DNA of 64,000 nucleotides from Deltaproteobacteria bacterium CSP1-8 (GTDB lineage Bacteria; Desulfobacterota; Deferrimicrobia; Deferrimicrobiales; Deferrimicrobiaceae): NCBI GenBank assembly GCA_001443455.1, contig LDXO01000009.1, positions 16,444 to 80,443 of the forward strand, read 5' to 3'. Shown piece by piece: positions 32,171 to 41,615 of this stretch (position 1 is its first letter; each line of letters starts with the position of its first letter). The notes under the pieces were generated by a model. It saw only the letters and a program-made list of their open reading frames with translations, ran no database searches and was not told where the DNA came from. The position numbers and the translations under genes were made by a program.

Positions 32171-33883
32171 ATGCCGATGGCCAGACGGAAGAAAACGATC
32201 AAAGGCGCGGAGCTTTTGTGCCGGTCCCTGGTGGAAGAAGGGGTGACCTACCTGTTCGGATACACCGGCGGGGCGATCATGCCGGTCTACGACGCTTTTC
32301 CCAAATATCCGCAACTCAGGCACATCATGGTCCGCCACGAGCAGGCGGCGGCGTTCGCCGCCCAGGGAATGGCGCGGGCAACGGGCAAACCCGGTGTGTG
32401 CATCGCCACCTCCGGACCGGGGGCCACCAACCTGATGACCGGGATCGCGGACGCGCACATGGACTCCATCCCGATCGTCGCCCTCACGGGGCAGGTGGCG
32501 ACCTCCGTGATCGGAACTGACGCGTTCCAGGAAAGCGACATTATCGGGATGCTCGTTCCGGTAACGAAACAGTCGTACATCCTGGACGACCCGTACGAAA
32601 TTCCCAGGGTGGTGAAGGAGGCGTTCTATCTCGCCAACACGGGCCGGAAAGGGCCGGTCAACATCGACTTCCCCAAGGATATCGCGAACGCCATCGTCGA
32701 GGACAACGGCTTCGACACGACGATCCGGTATCCCGTCCCGTCGCCTCCGGGAATCGGCAAGGACCAGGTGACCCGCGCACAGGATCTGATGGACCAATCC
32801 GAAAGGCCCATCGTCTTCGTGGGGCACGGCGTCATCCAGTCGGGGGCGCAGGGAGAGGTCCGGAGGTTCCTCGAGCGGTCGAACATGCCGTTTTCGTGCA
32901 CCCTGCACGGGATCAGCGCCCTCCCGGCCGATCATCCGCAATCTCTCGGGATGATGGGAATGCACGGGACGGTGGAGGCCAACCGGGCGATCGAGAAAGC
33001 CGACCTGATCATCGCGCTGGGGATGCGGTTCGACGACCGCGTGACGGGGAAGCTCGACGAATACGCCAGGAACGCAGACGTGATCCACGTGGAGCATGAC
33101 CCTTCCGAGATCAACAAGAACGTCCGGGCGACCGTCGCGATGTACAGCGATCTCAAGCCCGCCGTTGTGGAGATGACGAAGGTCGTGAAGCCGAAACCGT
33201 ACAAGGAATGGTACACCTACGCGGCAAAAAACCGCAAGTATTGGAATAGTATTGACCCTATAAATAGTCGAAATGGAAGGGGGAACAGTGGTAACCTTCT
33301 GATGGGAGCCGTGATCCGGAAGCTGTCGGAAGTAACGGACGGCAACGACAACGTGGTCGCCGACGTGGGGCAGCACCAGATGTTCGCGGCGCGGTACTAC
33401 CGGTTCGGCCGGTTCAACACCTGGTTCAATTCCGGGGGGCTGGGGTCGATGGGGTTTTCCGTCCCGGCGGCGATGGGGGTGAAATTCGCGCGTCCCGAAG
33501 AACGCGTGTGGGTGATCGTCGGCGACGGCTCCTTCCAGATGAACATCCAGGAGCTGGGCACCATCATGGAGCAGAAGATCGACATCAAGATCCTTCTTCT
33601 GAACAACAACTTTCTCGGGATGGTCCGGCAGTGGCAGGACCTCTTCCACGGGAGCCGCTTCGTCGGGACCCCGGTGAAGAACCCCGATTTCATCGCCCTC
33701 GCGGCGGCGTACGGGATCGCGGGGGAGAGGGTTTCCGAAGGGAAGGACCTCGAGCCGGCCCTGCGCCGCGCGATGAAGCACAAAGGGGCCTACCTGCTCG
33801 AGATCGTGACGGACATGGAGGAGATGATCCTGCCCATGATCCCGGCGGGCTCCCGATTTTCCGACATGAAGGTCACCCGATGA
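32171..33883 (+). CDS. ilvB: Acetolactate synthase large subunit
   Basis: RHEQ, TSGPGATN, DAFQE and the TPP motif GDGSFQMN...NN. Confidence 0.95.
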   Translation: MPMARRKKTIKGAELLCRSLVEEGVTYLFGYTGGAIMPVYDAFPKYPQLRHIMVRHEQAAAFAAQGMARATGKPGVCIATSGPGATNLMTGIADAHMDSIPIVALTGQVATSVIGTDAFQESDIIGMLVPVTKQSYILDDPYEIPRVVKEAFYLANTGRKGPVNIDFPKDIANAIVEDNGFDTTIRYPVPSPPGIGKDQVTRAQDLMDQSERPIVFVGHGVIQSGAQGEVRRFLERSNMPFSCTLHGISALPADHPQSLGMMGMHGTVEANRAIEKADLIIALGMRFDDRVTGKLDEYARNADVIHVEHDPSEINKNVRATVAMYSDLKPAVVEMTKVVKPKPYKEWYTYAAKNRKYWNSIDPINSRNGRGNSGNLLMGAVIRKLSEVTDGNDNVVADVGQHQMFAARYYRFGRFNTWFNSGGLGSMGFSVPAAMGVKFARPEERVWVIVGDGSFQMNIQELGTIMEQKIDIKILLLNNNFLGMVRQWQDLFHGSRFVGTPVKNPDFIALAAAYGIAGERVSEGKDLEPALRRAMKHKGAYLLEIVTDMEEMILPMIPAGSRFSDMKVTR

Positions 33884-34437
33884 AGCAGAAGCGATTGCAC
33901 ACCATTCTGGCTTTCGCCCACAACCAGCCGGGGGTCCTCTACAAGCTGCTCTCCCTGATCCGGAAGAAGCGGTACAACGTCGAGACGATCACCGTCGGCC
34001 ACACCCACGTCGATGGGATCAGCCGGATGACCATCTCGTTTTCCCACGGGGAAGGGAACAAGATCGACCAGATCGTCCGGCAGATCGACAAGATCACGGA
34101 GATCCCGAAGACCGAGGACGTGACCTACGCGAACGTGATCAACCGGGAACTGGTCCTTCTGAAGGTCAAGGCCTCCCCGCAGGACCGCGTGCACGTGACC
34201 GCGACCACGCAGATCTTCGGGGGAAAGGTGATCTACGTCGCCCCCGCGCACATGATCGTGGAGATCACGGGGAAGCAGGAAAATATCGACAACGCCATAC
34301 GGTTGTTCGAGGAGTTCGGGATCGAAGGGATCGCCCGGACGGGAGCCACGGTCATGCACCGGGAAAAAGAGGATATGGGACTGGACCGGATCGTACTGCC
34401 CGAAAAGCGAATGGCATTACCCGGGAACAGGCCCTGA
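33880..34437 (+). CDS. ilvN: Acetolactate synthase small regulatory subunit
   Basis: ACT domain (HNQPGVL...YNVETITVG), RELVLLKV and IARTG. ATGA overlap with ilvB. Confidence 0.9.
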   Translation: MKQKRLHTILAFAHNQPGVLYKLLSLIRKKRYNVETITVGHTHVDGISRMTISFSHGEGNKIDQIVRQIDKITEIPKTEDVTYANVINRELVLLKVKASPQDRVHVTATTQIFGGKVIYVAPAHMIVEITGKQENIDNAIRLFEEFGIEGIARTGATVMHREKEDMGLDRIVLPEKRMALPGNRP

Positions 34438-34517
34438 ACGCACCCCGCCGGTTCTCATGGCTCTCGGAATCGGGGTCCGGGGGAGATCCGCCCGTACCAT
34501 CGTGTCGCCTGGAGATC

Positions 34518-35354
34518 CTATTCGATGACCGGAGCACCCTCTACCGCCGACCGAAGCCCGGCCACGTCGATGGGGAGATTCAACGCGTGCATTTTCCGAT
34601 GACAATTGGGACACAGGGCGACGGTGTTTTGGATCGTGTCCCTGCCTCCCCCGGACAGGGGGTCGATGTGGTGTATCTCGAGGCAAGGAATTCCTTTGTG
34701 GTCCCGGAAGGGGGCCCTCTTTTTACATAATTCGCATCGGCCGTTCGCCCTCCGCCTTACATATTCGGCAACATACGGGTTCCGGTCGACCACCTGGACG
34801 CTCAGTGTGTGCGTCCCGGGTTTCCTGCCCACTTCTTGCGCCTTGCCGATCAACGTTTCGATCGGAAGACGAGCGGCGGCTTTCTCCTGCGCTTTCCGCT
34901 TCCCGTCCAAAATCCCTGTCGTTACGGGGGGAGGAGCCTGGCCTCCCTTCAGCCGGAGGGGAAAAACCCAGACCTTTCGAAGGCGTCCCGTCAGGTCCCT
35001 TTGATGTTCCGGAAGCGGAGGTCCCGCCAGTTCGACTTGGCCGACATAGGTATAGCTCCCCTTCTCGTATCTCTCGAACAGGAAAGCGGACACCTCATTG
35101 ACCGGAAGCTCGGCAAGAGTCCTGTTCTGGCCCTGGTCGAGCTCCTGGTCGCCGACAAGCCCGATCCCCATGTAGTGGAACGTCTCGTCGCGCCAGCGGT
35201 TCACGTAGATCGATTGGGTGTAGTCGCAGATCAGGACCAGGCTGTTGGTCTGTAAGGATCTGCGCATGCCCCCCTGGGGGCTGCACCGGAAGATCCCTGT
35301 CAGTCGCTTGTTATCGACCGATTCCCCGGGACGGAGGGGGGGAGAAAATGCCAT
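34518..35354 (-). CDS. SRA-like + HNH endonuclease (McrA-like modification-dependent restriction enzyme)
   Basis: C-terminal CELC...EIHHIDPLSGGG..NTVALCPNCHRKMH. N-terminal QGGMRRS...HYMGIGLVGDQ resembles SRA/YDG domains. Confidence 0.8.
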   Translation of the reverse strand: MAFSPPLRPGESVDNKRLTGIFRCSPQGGMRRSLQTNSLVLICDYTQSIYVNRWRDETFHYMGIGLVGDQELDQGQNRTLAELPVNEVSAFLFERYEKGSYTYVGQVELAGPPLPEHQRDLTGRLRKVWVFPLRLKGGQAPPPVTTGILDGKRKAQEKAAARLPIETLIGKAQEVGRKPGTHTLSVQVVDRNPYVAEYVRRRANGRCELCKKRAPFRDHKGIPCLEIHHIDPLSGGGRDTIQNTVALCPNCHRKMHALNLPIDVAGLRSAVEGAPVIE

Positions 35355-35477
35355 CGTGCCCGCTCCTTGACCTGCTGCACGAAGCGAAGTCCGAACGAAT
35401 GCGGGGGGGGGTCATCCGGGGGCCAGGAAACGCCTCCCGGCCCTCGAATGATGCCTTTCCGTGCGAGAGCGGGTCGG

Positions 35478-35795
35478 TTACCGGCGGAATCCGCCGCCGC
35501 GCCCGCCTCCGCCATAGCCCCGCTTCGAGCCCGCGCTATCGCGGGGCGCCTGGGGAAGGGCCTCGGATACCTTGAGCGTCCTTCCGTCCATTTCGGAGTT
35601 GTTCAGTTTGCTGATGGCTTCGGTTGCCTCCTGCTTGGTCGAGAGCTCGATGAAACCGAACCCCTTGCTCTGGCCCGTGCTCCGGTCCGTGATGATGGTC
35701 ACCGTTTCCACCGTGCCGTACCGCGAAAACACCTCTTTCAGGGATTCCTCCGTCGCGGAAAAGGGAAGATTCCCCACGTACAATTTCTTGCCCAT
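35478..35795 (-). CDS. RRM RNA-binding protein
   Basis: KLYVGNL (RNP2), SKGFGFIE (RNP1) and a Gly/Arg-rich tail. Confidence 0.93.
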   Translation of the reverse strand: MGKKLYVGNLPFSATEESLKEVFSRYGTVETVTIITDRSTGQSKGFGFIELSTKQEATEAISKLNNSEMDGRTLKVSEALPQAPRDSAGSKRGYGGGGRGGGFRR

Positions 35796-35932
35796 AAGAC
35801 CTCCTTTCAGGCAGCAGGGCCGCAAAAGAGGTCTTGAGTACGATTCTCGGGATCTCTTTGTCTGCGGACGTTTGCGATCTGAATCCACCCTACCACAGAT
35901 CGGTGGGAGAAAAAAGACACGAACACAGGGCG

Positions 35933-36736
35933 CTATCCGTGCACCGTTCGCCCGAACTCCCGCAGGAAGACCATCTCCTCGGGAGAAAGCGGTCCCCTTT
36001 CGATGGCAGCCAGGTTTTCGCGAAGTTCGGCCACGTTGCGCGGCCCGGTGAGCACCACGTCTACGTGCGGGTTCGCAAGACAAAAGCGGTAGCAGTCGCC
36101 CGCCGTGGCCACCCGCCCCTTCCATCCGCGGGGCGCACGAAAAAGTCGTCGCCAGGCCGTGGCGGTGTAAGCGACCACCACGGGGCGGCGCATCGCGAGG
36201 TGCGGGAAGATGTCCTGCTCCGCTCCCGGGTGGGCGGCGTTGTAGCGGATCATGAGAAGATCGAGAATCGAGTTCCCGGCGAGCTTCCCCGCCCGCGTCC
36301 GGTTGTGGATCGAGGCCCCCACCGCTCGGATCTTCCCCTCGTCGCGCAGCTTCACCAGTTCCTCCTGCACCGGTCCGGTGAAGACGGACATCCTGCCGAG
36401 CCAGTAAAGCTGGAAGACGTCGAGGTAGTCGACGGCCAGCATTCGAAGCGCCCCCTCGGCGGCACGGCGCACCGCGCCCGGGAAGTAGCCCAGAAGCGGG
36501 CCCGCCGACACCGCGTACCGCTCCCGGTCGCGGGCGAGAGCGTCGCGAAGCGCGGGGGTGAACTCCTTCATCAGCGGGCTCCAGAAGACATACTGGATCC
36601 GCTCCAGCGCTTCACGACATCCCGCCTCGTCAAGGCCGAAGGAGCCGGACAGCCCCAGCCGGAAAAGCCGCCGGCCGAGCCTTGGCACCTCGCGGTTCGT
36701 GAAATCGTTCAGGATTTCCCAGGAAGAAATTGACAA
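35933..36736 (-). CDS. Aldo/keto reductase-like protein (start unclear, possibly 5'-damaged)
   Basis: LAVDYLDVFQL, EGKIRAVGAS and RYNAAH motifs. No ATG near the expected start. Confidence 0.75.
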   Translation of the reverse strand: MSISSWEILNDFTNREVPRLGRRLFRLGLSGSFGLDEAGCREALERIQYVFWSPLMKEFTPALRDALARDRERYAVSAGPLLGYFPGAVRRAAEGALRMLAVDYLDVFQLYWLGRMSVFTGPVQEELVKLRDEGKIRAVGASIHNRTRAGKLAGNSILDLLMIRYNAAHPGAEQDIFPHLAMRRPVVVAYTATAWRRLFRAPRGWKGRVATAGDCYRFCLANPHVDVVLTGPRNVAELRENLAAIERGPLSPEEMVFLREFGRTVHG

Positions 36737-36874
36737 ATTATTTTCCCAATGTTTATGATTGGTTGCAAAGGATCAGGAACAAGTTCGATCCCTCACGGAT
36801 TCCTGGGGGAAAAAAAAGAAGGGAAGCCAACATCCACCATCCTCCCGAATCATCCGGGATATTGTCCTTTTCCT

Positions 36875-37654
36875 ATGCCGACGATTGAACTCCCCCATGA
36901 ATGTATCGAGCCTTTCATCGAGCACCAGGGGGAGCAGCGCGGTTTCTGGCTCAGGAAACCGAGAGTCATCGGCGAAACAATCCTGATCGCCAGACAAGGA
37001 AAGCCCGTTCCGGACTCCCATGAAAACAGAAAATTGATTTTCCTCGATGTCCAAAGAGCATTCGGTACAGGCGGACACGGCACAACGGAAGGGTGCCTCC
37101 TTGCACTTGAGAAATATCTTCGGGGGGGAGAAACCGTCCTGGATGTGGGGACAGGGACGGGAATCCTCGCCATCGCGGCATACAAACTGGGAGCGGGTCA
37201 TATTACCGCAGTGGATATCGACCGGACTGCCTGCCTGGAGGCAAGGAAAAATCTTGCTGTCAATGAAATCGAAAACGGAATCGATGTCAGGGAAGGCGGA
37301 ATACAAACCGCGGAAGGCCAATTCGACATCATCGCCGCGAATCTCCGAACCCCCGTTTTAATTAAACTAATGGATGAACTAATCAGTAAATTAGTCAGTC
37401 GTGGTATAGCAATTTTCTCGGGGATATTGGAGAGGGAACTTCCCGCTTTCCTGTCCTTCCTGGAACCGTATCCCCTGGAAACTCTGGATATAAAAAGGAT
37501 CCTCGGATGGATGACGCTGGTTGTCCGGAAAGGCGTCCGAAGCGGCCCTCCGGCGGCATACCCCAGCGCACAACACCCCCCGAACCAGCCGGTTCGGGGA
37601 GTGTCGTTCCCCACGTTTTCCTCCCTTACTTCCCGCGCGCAAACTCCTCCATGA
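36875..37654 (+). CDS. prmA: PrmA-like (L11) methyltransferase, short form
   Basis: [10 protein letters not shown] and [13 protein letters not shown] motifs. Lower GC than its neighbours, no N-terminal domain, and the tail overlaps the serC stop. Confidence 0.75.
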   Translation: MPTIELPHECIEPFIEHQGEQRGFWLRKPRVIGETILIARQGKPVPDSHENRKLIFLDVQRAFGTGGHGTTEGCLLALEKYLRGGETVLDVGTGTGILAIAAYKLGAGHITAVDIDRTACLEARKNLAVNEIENGIDVREGGIQTAEGQFDIIAANLRTPVLIKLMDELISKLVSRGIAIFSGILERELPAFLSFLEPYPLETLDIKRILGWMTLVVRKGVRSGPPAAYPSAQHPPNQPVRGVSFPTFSSLTSRAQTPP

Positions 37655-38750
37655 AGGCTGCAAGCGTATCCACCCACTCGTAGGAGGCGGCGTTGTAGAT
37701 GGAGGCGCGGATTCCGCCGACGGAGCGGTGCCCTTTTAGTCCCACCATGCCGCGCTTTTTGGCGTCTGCGATGAACTGTTCCTCGAGCGCCTCGGCGGGG
37801 AGCCGGAAGACCACGTTCATCACCGACCGGCTCTCCTTCTCCACCGGCGACCGGTAGAACGCGGCGTTTCGGTCGATGACGCTGTAGAGGCGCGCAGCCT
37901 TCTTCCGGTTTGCCTCCTCGACCTTGGCGAGTCCCCCCTGGGCTTTCAGACAGGCGAGGACGTTGCGAACCATGTAGACGCCGAAGGTGGGCGGAGTGTT
38001 GTAAAGCGACTTGTTCTCGGCGTGGGTGCGGAACTGGAAGATCTTGGGGATATCCTTCCTTCCCCTCTCCGCGAGCTCCTTCGAAACCACCACAACGACC
38101 AGGCCCGCCGGGCCGATGTTCTTCTGGGCGCCGGCGTAGACCAGGCCGAACTTCGTCACGTCGAAGGGACGCCAGAGAAAGTCGCTCGACATGTCGGCGA
38201 CAAGCGGCACGGCGCCGGTATCGGGAAAGGCGCGGGAGCCGTCGACGTTGAACTGCACGCCGTGAATGGTCTCGTTGGAGGTGATGTGCAGGTAGGCGGC
38301 CCCCGGGACGACCTTCACCTCGGAGGGCGGGGGTACGCGGGTGTAGCTCTTCTCCTTGCCTTCGCCGGTCCCGGTGCTCTGGACCGCCACATCGGCGCCG
38401 AACATCGCCGAGACGATCTTTCCTTCTCCGAGCGCCTTCTCGCCCCAGGCGCCGGTGATGAGGTACTGGGCGGTTTTTCCCCTCTCGATGAAATTCATCG
38501 CGACCTCGGCGAACAGCGCCGTTGCGCCTCCCTGCATCAGCAGAACCTCGTAGCTTGACGGGACGCCGAGGAGCTCGCGGACGAGAGCGATGGCCTCGTC
38601 GTGAACCCCCTCGTACTCCCTGCCGCGGTGACTGTGCTCCATCACCGACATGCCGCTGCCGGCGAAGTCGAGCAGTTCGTCGCGGGCGCGCTCGAGCGCA
38701 GGGAGGGGAAGGGCGGCGGGTCCGGCGTTGAAATTGATCTTTCGGCTCAT
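37626..38750 (-). CDS. serC: Phosphoserine aminotransferase
   Basis: [35 protein letters not shown] and [15 protein letters not shown] motifs. Confidence 0.96.
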   Translation of the reverse strand: MSRKINFNAGPAALPLPALERARDELLDFAGSGMSVMEHSHRGREYEGVHDEAIALVRELLGVPSSYEVLLMQGGATALFAEVAMNFIERGKTAQYLITGAWGEKALGEGKIVSAMFGADVAVQSTGTGEGKEKSYTRVPPPSEVKVVPGAAYLHITSNETIHGVQFNVDGSRAFPDTGAVPLVADMSSDFLWRPFDVTKFGLVYAGAQKNIGPAGLVVVVVSKELAERGRKDIPKIFQFRTHAENKSLYNTPPTFGVYMVRNVLACLKAQGGLAKVEEANRKKAARLYSVIDRNAAFYRSPVEKESRSVMNVVFRLPAEALEEQFIADAKKRGMVGLKGHRSVGGIRASIYNAASYEWVDTLAAFMEEFARGK

Positions 38751-38917
38751 GGGGCTCCTCGTCCGGGCGCGGAGGGGATTGCCGCGGACCGCGCCGCTTC
38801 TCCGGCCGCGGGCCGGTTGATGAACGCAGCGATTGCAAGGACTCGATCGTTCTTATGGGCGGAGCACCGGATCCTGCTCCGGGGATACCCCCATTTTTCC
38901 AAGGTCGGGGGGCACCT

Positions 38918-39187
38918 TCAAGTCTTTTCTTCGGATCCGGAGAGCCAGCCTTTCATGATCGCGGTGGCGCAGCCCACGCCGGGACGCACTGAAATCGCCC
39001 CGGCCGGACAATTCGTCGCGCAGGACCCGCATTCCATGCAAAGGTCCTTGTCGAGGATCCGGGCTTTCCCCCGAGCCACCGCAAAGACCCGGTGCGGGCA
39101 CACCTGCTCGCACATGCCGCATCCCGTACAGGCGGCCTCGGAAAACCGCAAGGAGGCGACGCCGTCAAGATACCGAAAACCTTCCAT
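38918..39187 (-). CDS. hgcB: Mercury methylation ferredoxin HgcB (ends at UGA; possible Sec read-through)
   Basis: FRYLDGVASL N-terminus, CTGCGMCEQVCPH, CMECGSCATNCP and PGVGCA. Directly downstream of hgcA. Confidence 0.92.
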   Translation of the reverse strand: MEGFRYLDGVASLRFSEAACTGCGMCEQVCPHRVFAVARGKARILDKDLCMECGSCATNCPAGAISVRPGVGCATAIMKGWLSGSEEKT

Positions 39188-39212
39188 CGCGATCCCCCCT
39201 TCCGCCCGGATA

Positions 39213-40400
39213 TCAGCGGAGGAATGCCCCCCCGACCCAGAAAATCCCGGCCAGCGCGGTGAGTGCCGCCTGTACGGGAAGGGCCTGACGCATCTCCTTC
39301 TCCACGCCTGACGGGGAAGTGAAAGGCGTCGCTCCGGTGAAGTTCATGGCGACAAACGAAGAAATCACCGGGAGTGCCAACAACAGAGCCAGGGCATGAA
39401 ACGCACCCAGGGCATCCCGGTACAGCGCAGCCGAGCACACCGCCAGGATACCTCCCGCCAGGGCCCCCTTGGCCGAAAAGGCCCTCCCCGGAAGCCAGGG
39501 CAGAAGCACCGGTGTCAGCACCGCCCCTCCCAGGATCCCGCCCGCCAGCACCTCCGCCGCCGCGAGCCCCCGATGCCAGGCGGCCCCGATGGAGAAAAAA
39601 CCCGGTCCGATTCCCGCCAAAAGGAACAACACGAGGGACAACCAGCCCGCCGGCTTGAATAATCCCACGAGTTCCACAGGCGCCAGGGCGAGCCGCTCCC
39701 TCAGGGGGAACAAAACCTGGCGCATCCGCGGGGTCGCCCTCATCCCGGCGGCAAGGAAGGCCTTGATATCCCGTGCGTGCACAGGCCCGTACACCACCTG
39801 GAATCCGCACCCCTTTGTTACCTGGTGTGCAGAGACCCCGGGGCCCCCCAGCTGGGGCAGAATGAGCCTGCGATGGCTCACCACCTCTTCCAGCATGGCC
39901 GCCTTCACCCTTCTCACGACTTCTTCGGTTCCAAAGGTCCCTTTCCCCGCGGCGCACCAGACGTTGACGCCGCGGGTGTCGAGGACCAGGATCCAGACGT
40001 TTAGCCCCGTAAGTTCCCGGCGAAGGGCGTCAAACGTCATCTTGTAATTGGCTGTGACCAGGATCCCCGAGAGTTGATCGGGATCGCCGACGGCGTAAAG
40101 TCCCGGGGCGACCCGGTAGCGATTGCGTCCCATCCCCCACCGCATCGACCAACGGCCCAGCACGTCGCGTGCCCCGATGGTTACCCGGGCCCGGGGAACC
40201 GGCCCGGCCGGCGTATCCACCATCCCGTCCACAAACCGGTCATGAAAGGGAGTTTCGACCCTTGACGGTTTGGAATCCCCGCAGCAAAAAGACGCATTCC
40301 CGCCCGGTCGCTCGCCACGCTCCCGAACCGGACCGGATGAGCATGGGTCCTGATCAGGCATCGGCGGATTACCGACAACTTTCCGAAAAAGCGCTCTCAC
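39213..40400 (-). CDS. hgcA: Mercury methylation corrinoid protein HgcA
   Basis: VTANYKMTFD, diagnostic cap helix NVWCAAGKGTFG, LPQLGGPGV, C-terminal TM helices and FTGATPFTSPSGVEKEM. Confidence 0.95.
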   Translation of the reverse strand: MRALFRKVVGNPPMPDQDPCSSGPVRERGERPGGNASFCCGDSKPSRVETPFHDRFVDGMVDTPAGPVPRARVTIGARDVLGRWSMRWGMGRNRYRVAPGLYAVGDPDQLSGILVTANYKMTFDALRRELTGLNVWILVLDTRGVNVWCAAGKGTFGTEEVVRRVKAAMLEEVVSHRRLILPQLGGPGVSAHQVTKGCGFQVVYGPVHARDIKAFLAAGMRATPRMRQVLFPLRERLALAPVELVGLFKPAGWLSLVLFLLAGIGPGFFSIGAAWHRGLAAAEVLAGGILGGAVLTPVLLPWLPGRAFSAKGALAGGILAVCSAALYRDALGAFHALALLLALPVISSFVAMNFTGATPFTSPSGVEKEMRQALPVQAALTALAGIFWVGGAFLR

Positions 40401-40672
40401 CTGCGGCCATTCCCCCTTTGGTTGCCCCGGCGGACCTTCCCCCTATGATCGGTCCGCCCGGATCGCAGCGCAAGACCACTTTGAGATGGTCCCCGTTATC
40501 ATGCGTTCCCAGAAAGGGTATTCGATCGAACCGAGAGTTCATCCGGGCACAAGAGCGTTACCAAGTGAACAATCGAGGACGCTCGACAATAGACCCGTCA
40601 CCGAATACGTGCAGTCCGACGACTTGAAGAAGATAAGGAGGGGGGCTGCCGGGATCGGGATCGTTCGGAAAT

Positions 40673-41455
40673 TCAGAAATATTTCCAGGCGGTGATCGCC
40701 AATCCGTTTGGTATGGGGGATATGCCAAAATGCACTCTGTCTTTCCGTTGGTCTTCTGTCTTCTCGATGACGGCGCAGCTCAAATAGGCGAGATACCAAC
40801 CCAAGGCCGCCTGGGAAAAATAATGAACGTCGTCGTTGATCCGGGACAACCCCGGCAAGCTGGACAGCCCATAAAAAATCCCCTTTCCATACGGGCTCGC
40901 ACTCATCTTCGCGGCGATGATGAACGGAACCCCGCCAAGGAACGCGTGGGCACTGACCCCGTGCGAACTATGGAACGGTCTCCAATCGGAATCCCCACCC
41001 GTCGGGCGGGATCCCCCGGTTGCTACTTGCAGGAACAAGACCGCCGGGGCGCCTGCAACCGTCGCCCTGATCGATTTTTGTCCCCATTCCTCCATCGTCG
41101 GATTTCGAAGGAACAGGCCCGTCCCATAGGTGACGAGGTACACAGGCACGATAACAAGAGGAGTCCCGGGAACCTTGAAGACCTTTGCGGCGTCGTCCGT
41201 TTCCCTGCTCCGAAGATCCGTCTGATAATGATCCCGTATCCCCCGATCGATCCCGGTATTGGCGAGGATTCCGGCACCAGCGAGTCCGAAACCCAATCGG
41301 ATCAGGTTTTCCCTGTCGAGATAAAAATTCTCAAAATCCGTTTTCACATCCTTCCCCGTACGGGTAACCAGCGAATCTTCCATGGCAAAACACGGATTCT
41401 TCACGGCGAGGACAAAAAGGGGAATCAGAATGAACAGGGACGGAACGCGTTTCAT
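40673..41455 (-). CDS. PAP2-superfamily phosphatase, exported or membrane-bound
   Basis: Signal peptide, then GSRP, GVSAHA and SRINDDVHYFSQ motifs. Confidence 0.75.
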   Translation of the reverse strand: MKRVPSLFILIPLFVLAVKNPCFAMEDSLVTRTGKDVKTDFENFYLDRENLIRLGFGLAGAGILANTGIDRGIRDHYQTDLRSRETDDAAKVFKVPGTPLVIVPVYLVTYGTGLFLRNPTMEEWGQKSIRATVAGAPAVLFLQVATGGSRPTGGDSDWRPFHSSHGVSAHAFLGGVPFIIAAKMSASPYGKGIFYGLSSLPGLSRINDDVHYFSQAALGWYLAYLSCAVIEKTEDQRKDRVHFGISPIPNGLAITAWKYF

Positions 41456-41615
41456 GGCAGCACTGTAATGCCATTGCCTCGAATTCACAACCGGTTCCTC
41501 CAAGGCAGTTGCGGGAGGGCCCATCCCGGCACCCTTGACGAAAGCTCCTGTCCGCCTCTAAATAGGGAAAACAGGAGCGAAACGGCGTCGAGCCGGATCC
41601 CAAGAGGAGATCGTC

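Noticed and set aside
40400-40500. Sec-containing upstream extension of HgcA
   Set aside because: The frame upstream of the GTG hits TAG, not TGA, and the Cys-Cys motif is already inside the ORF.
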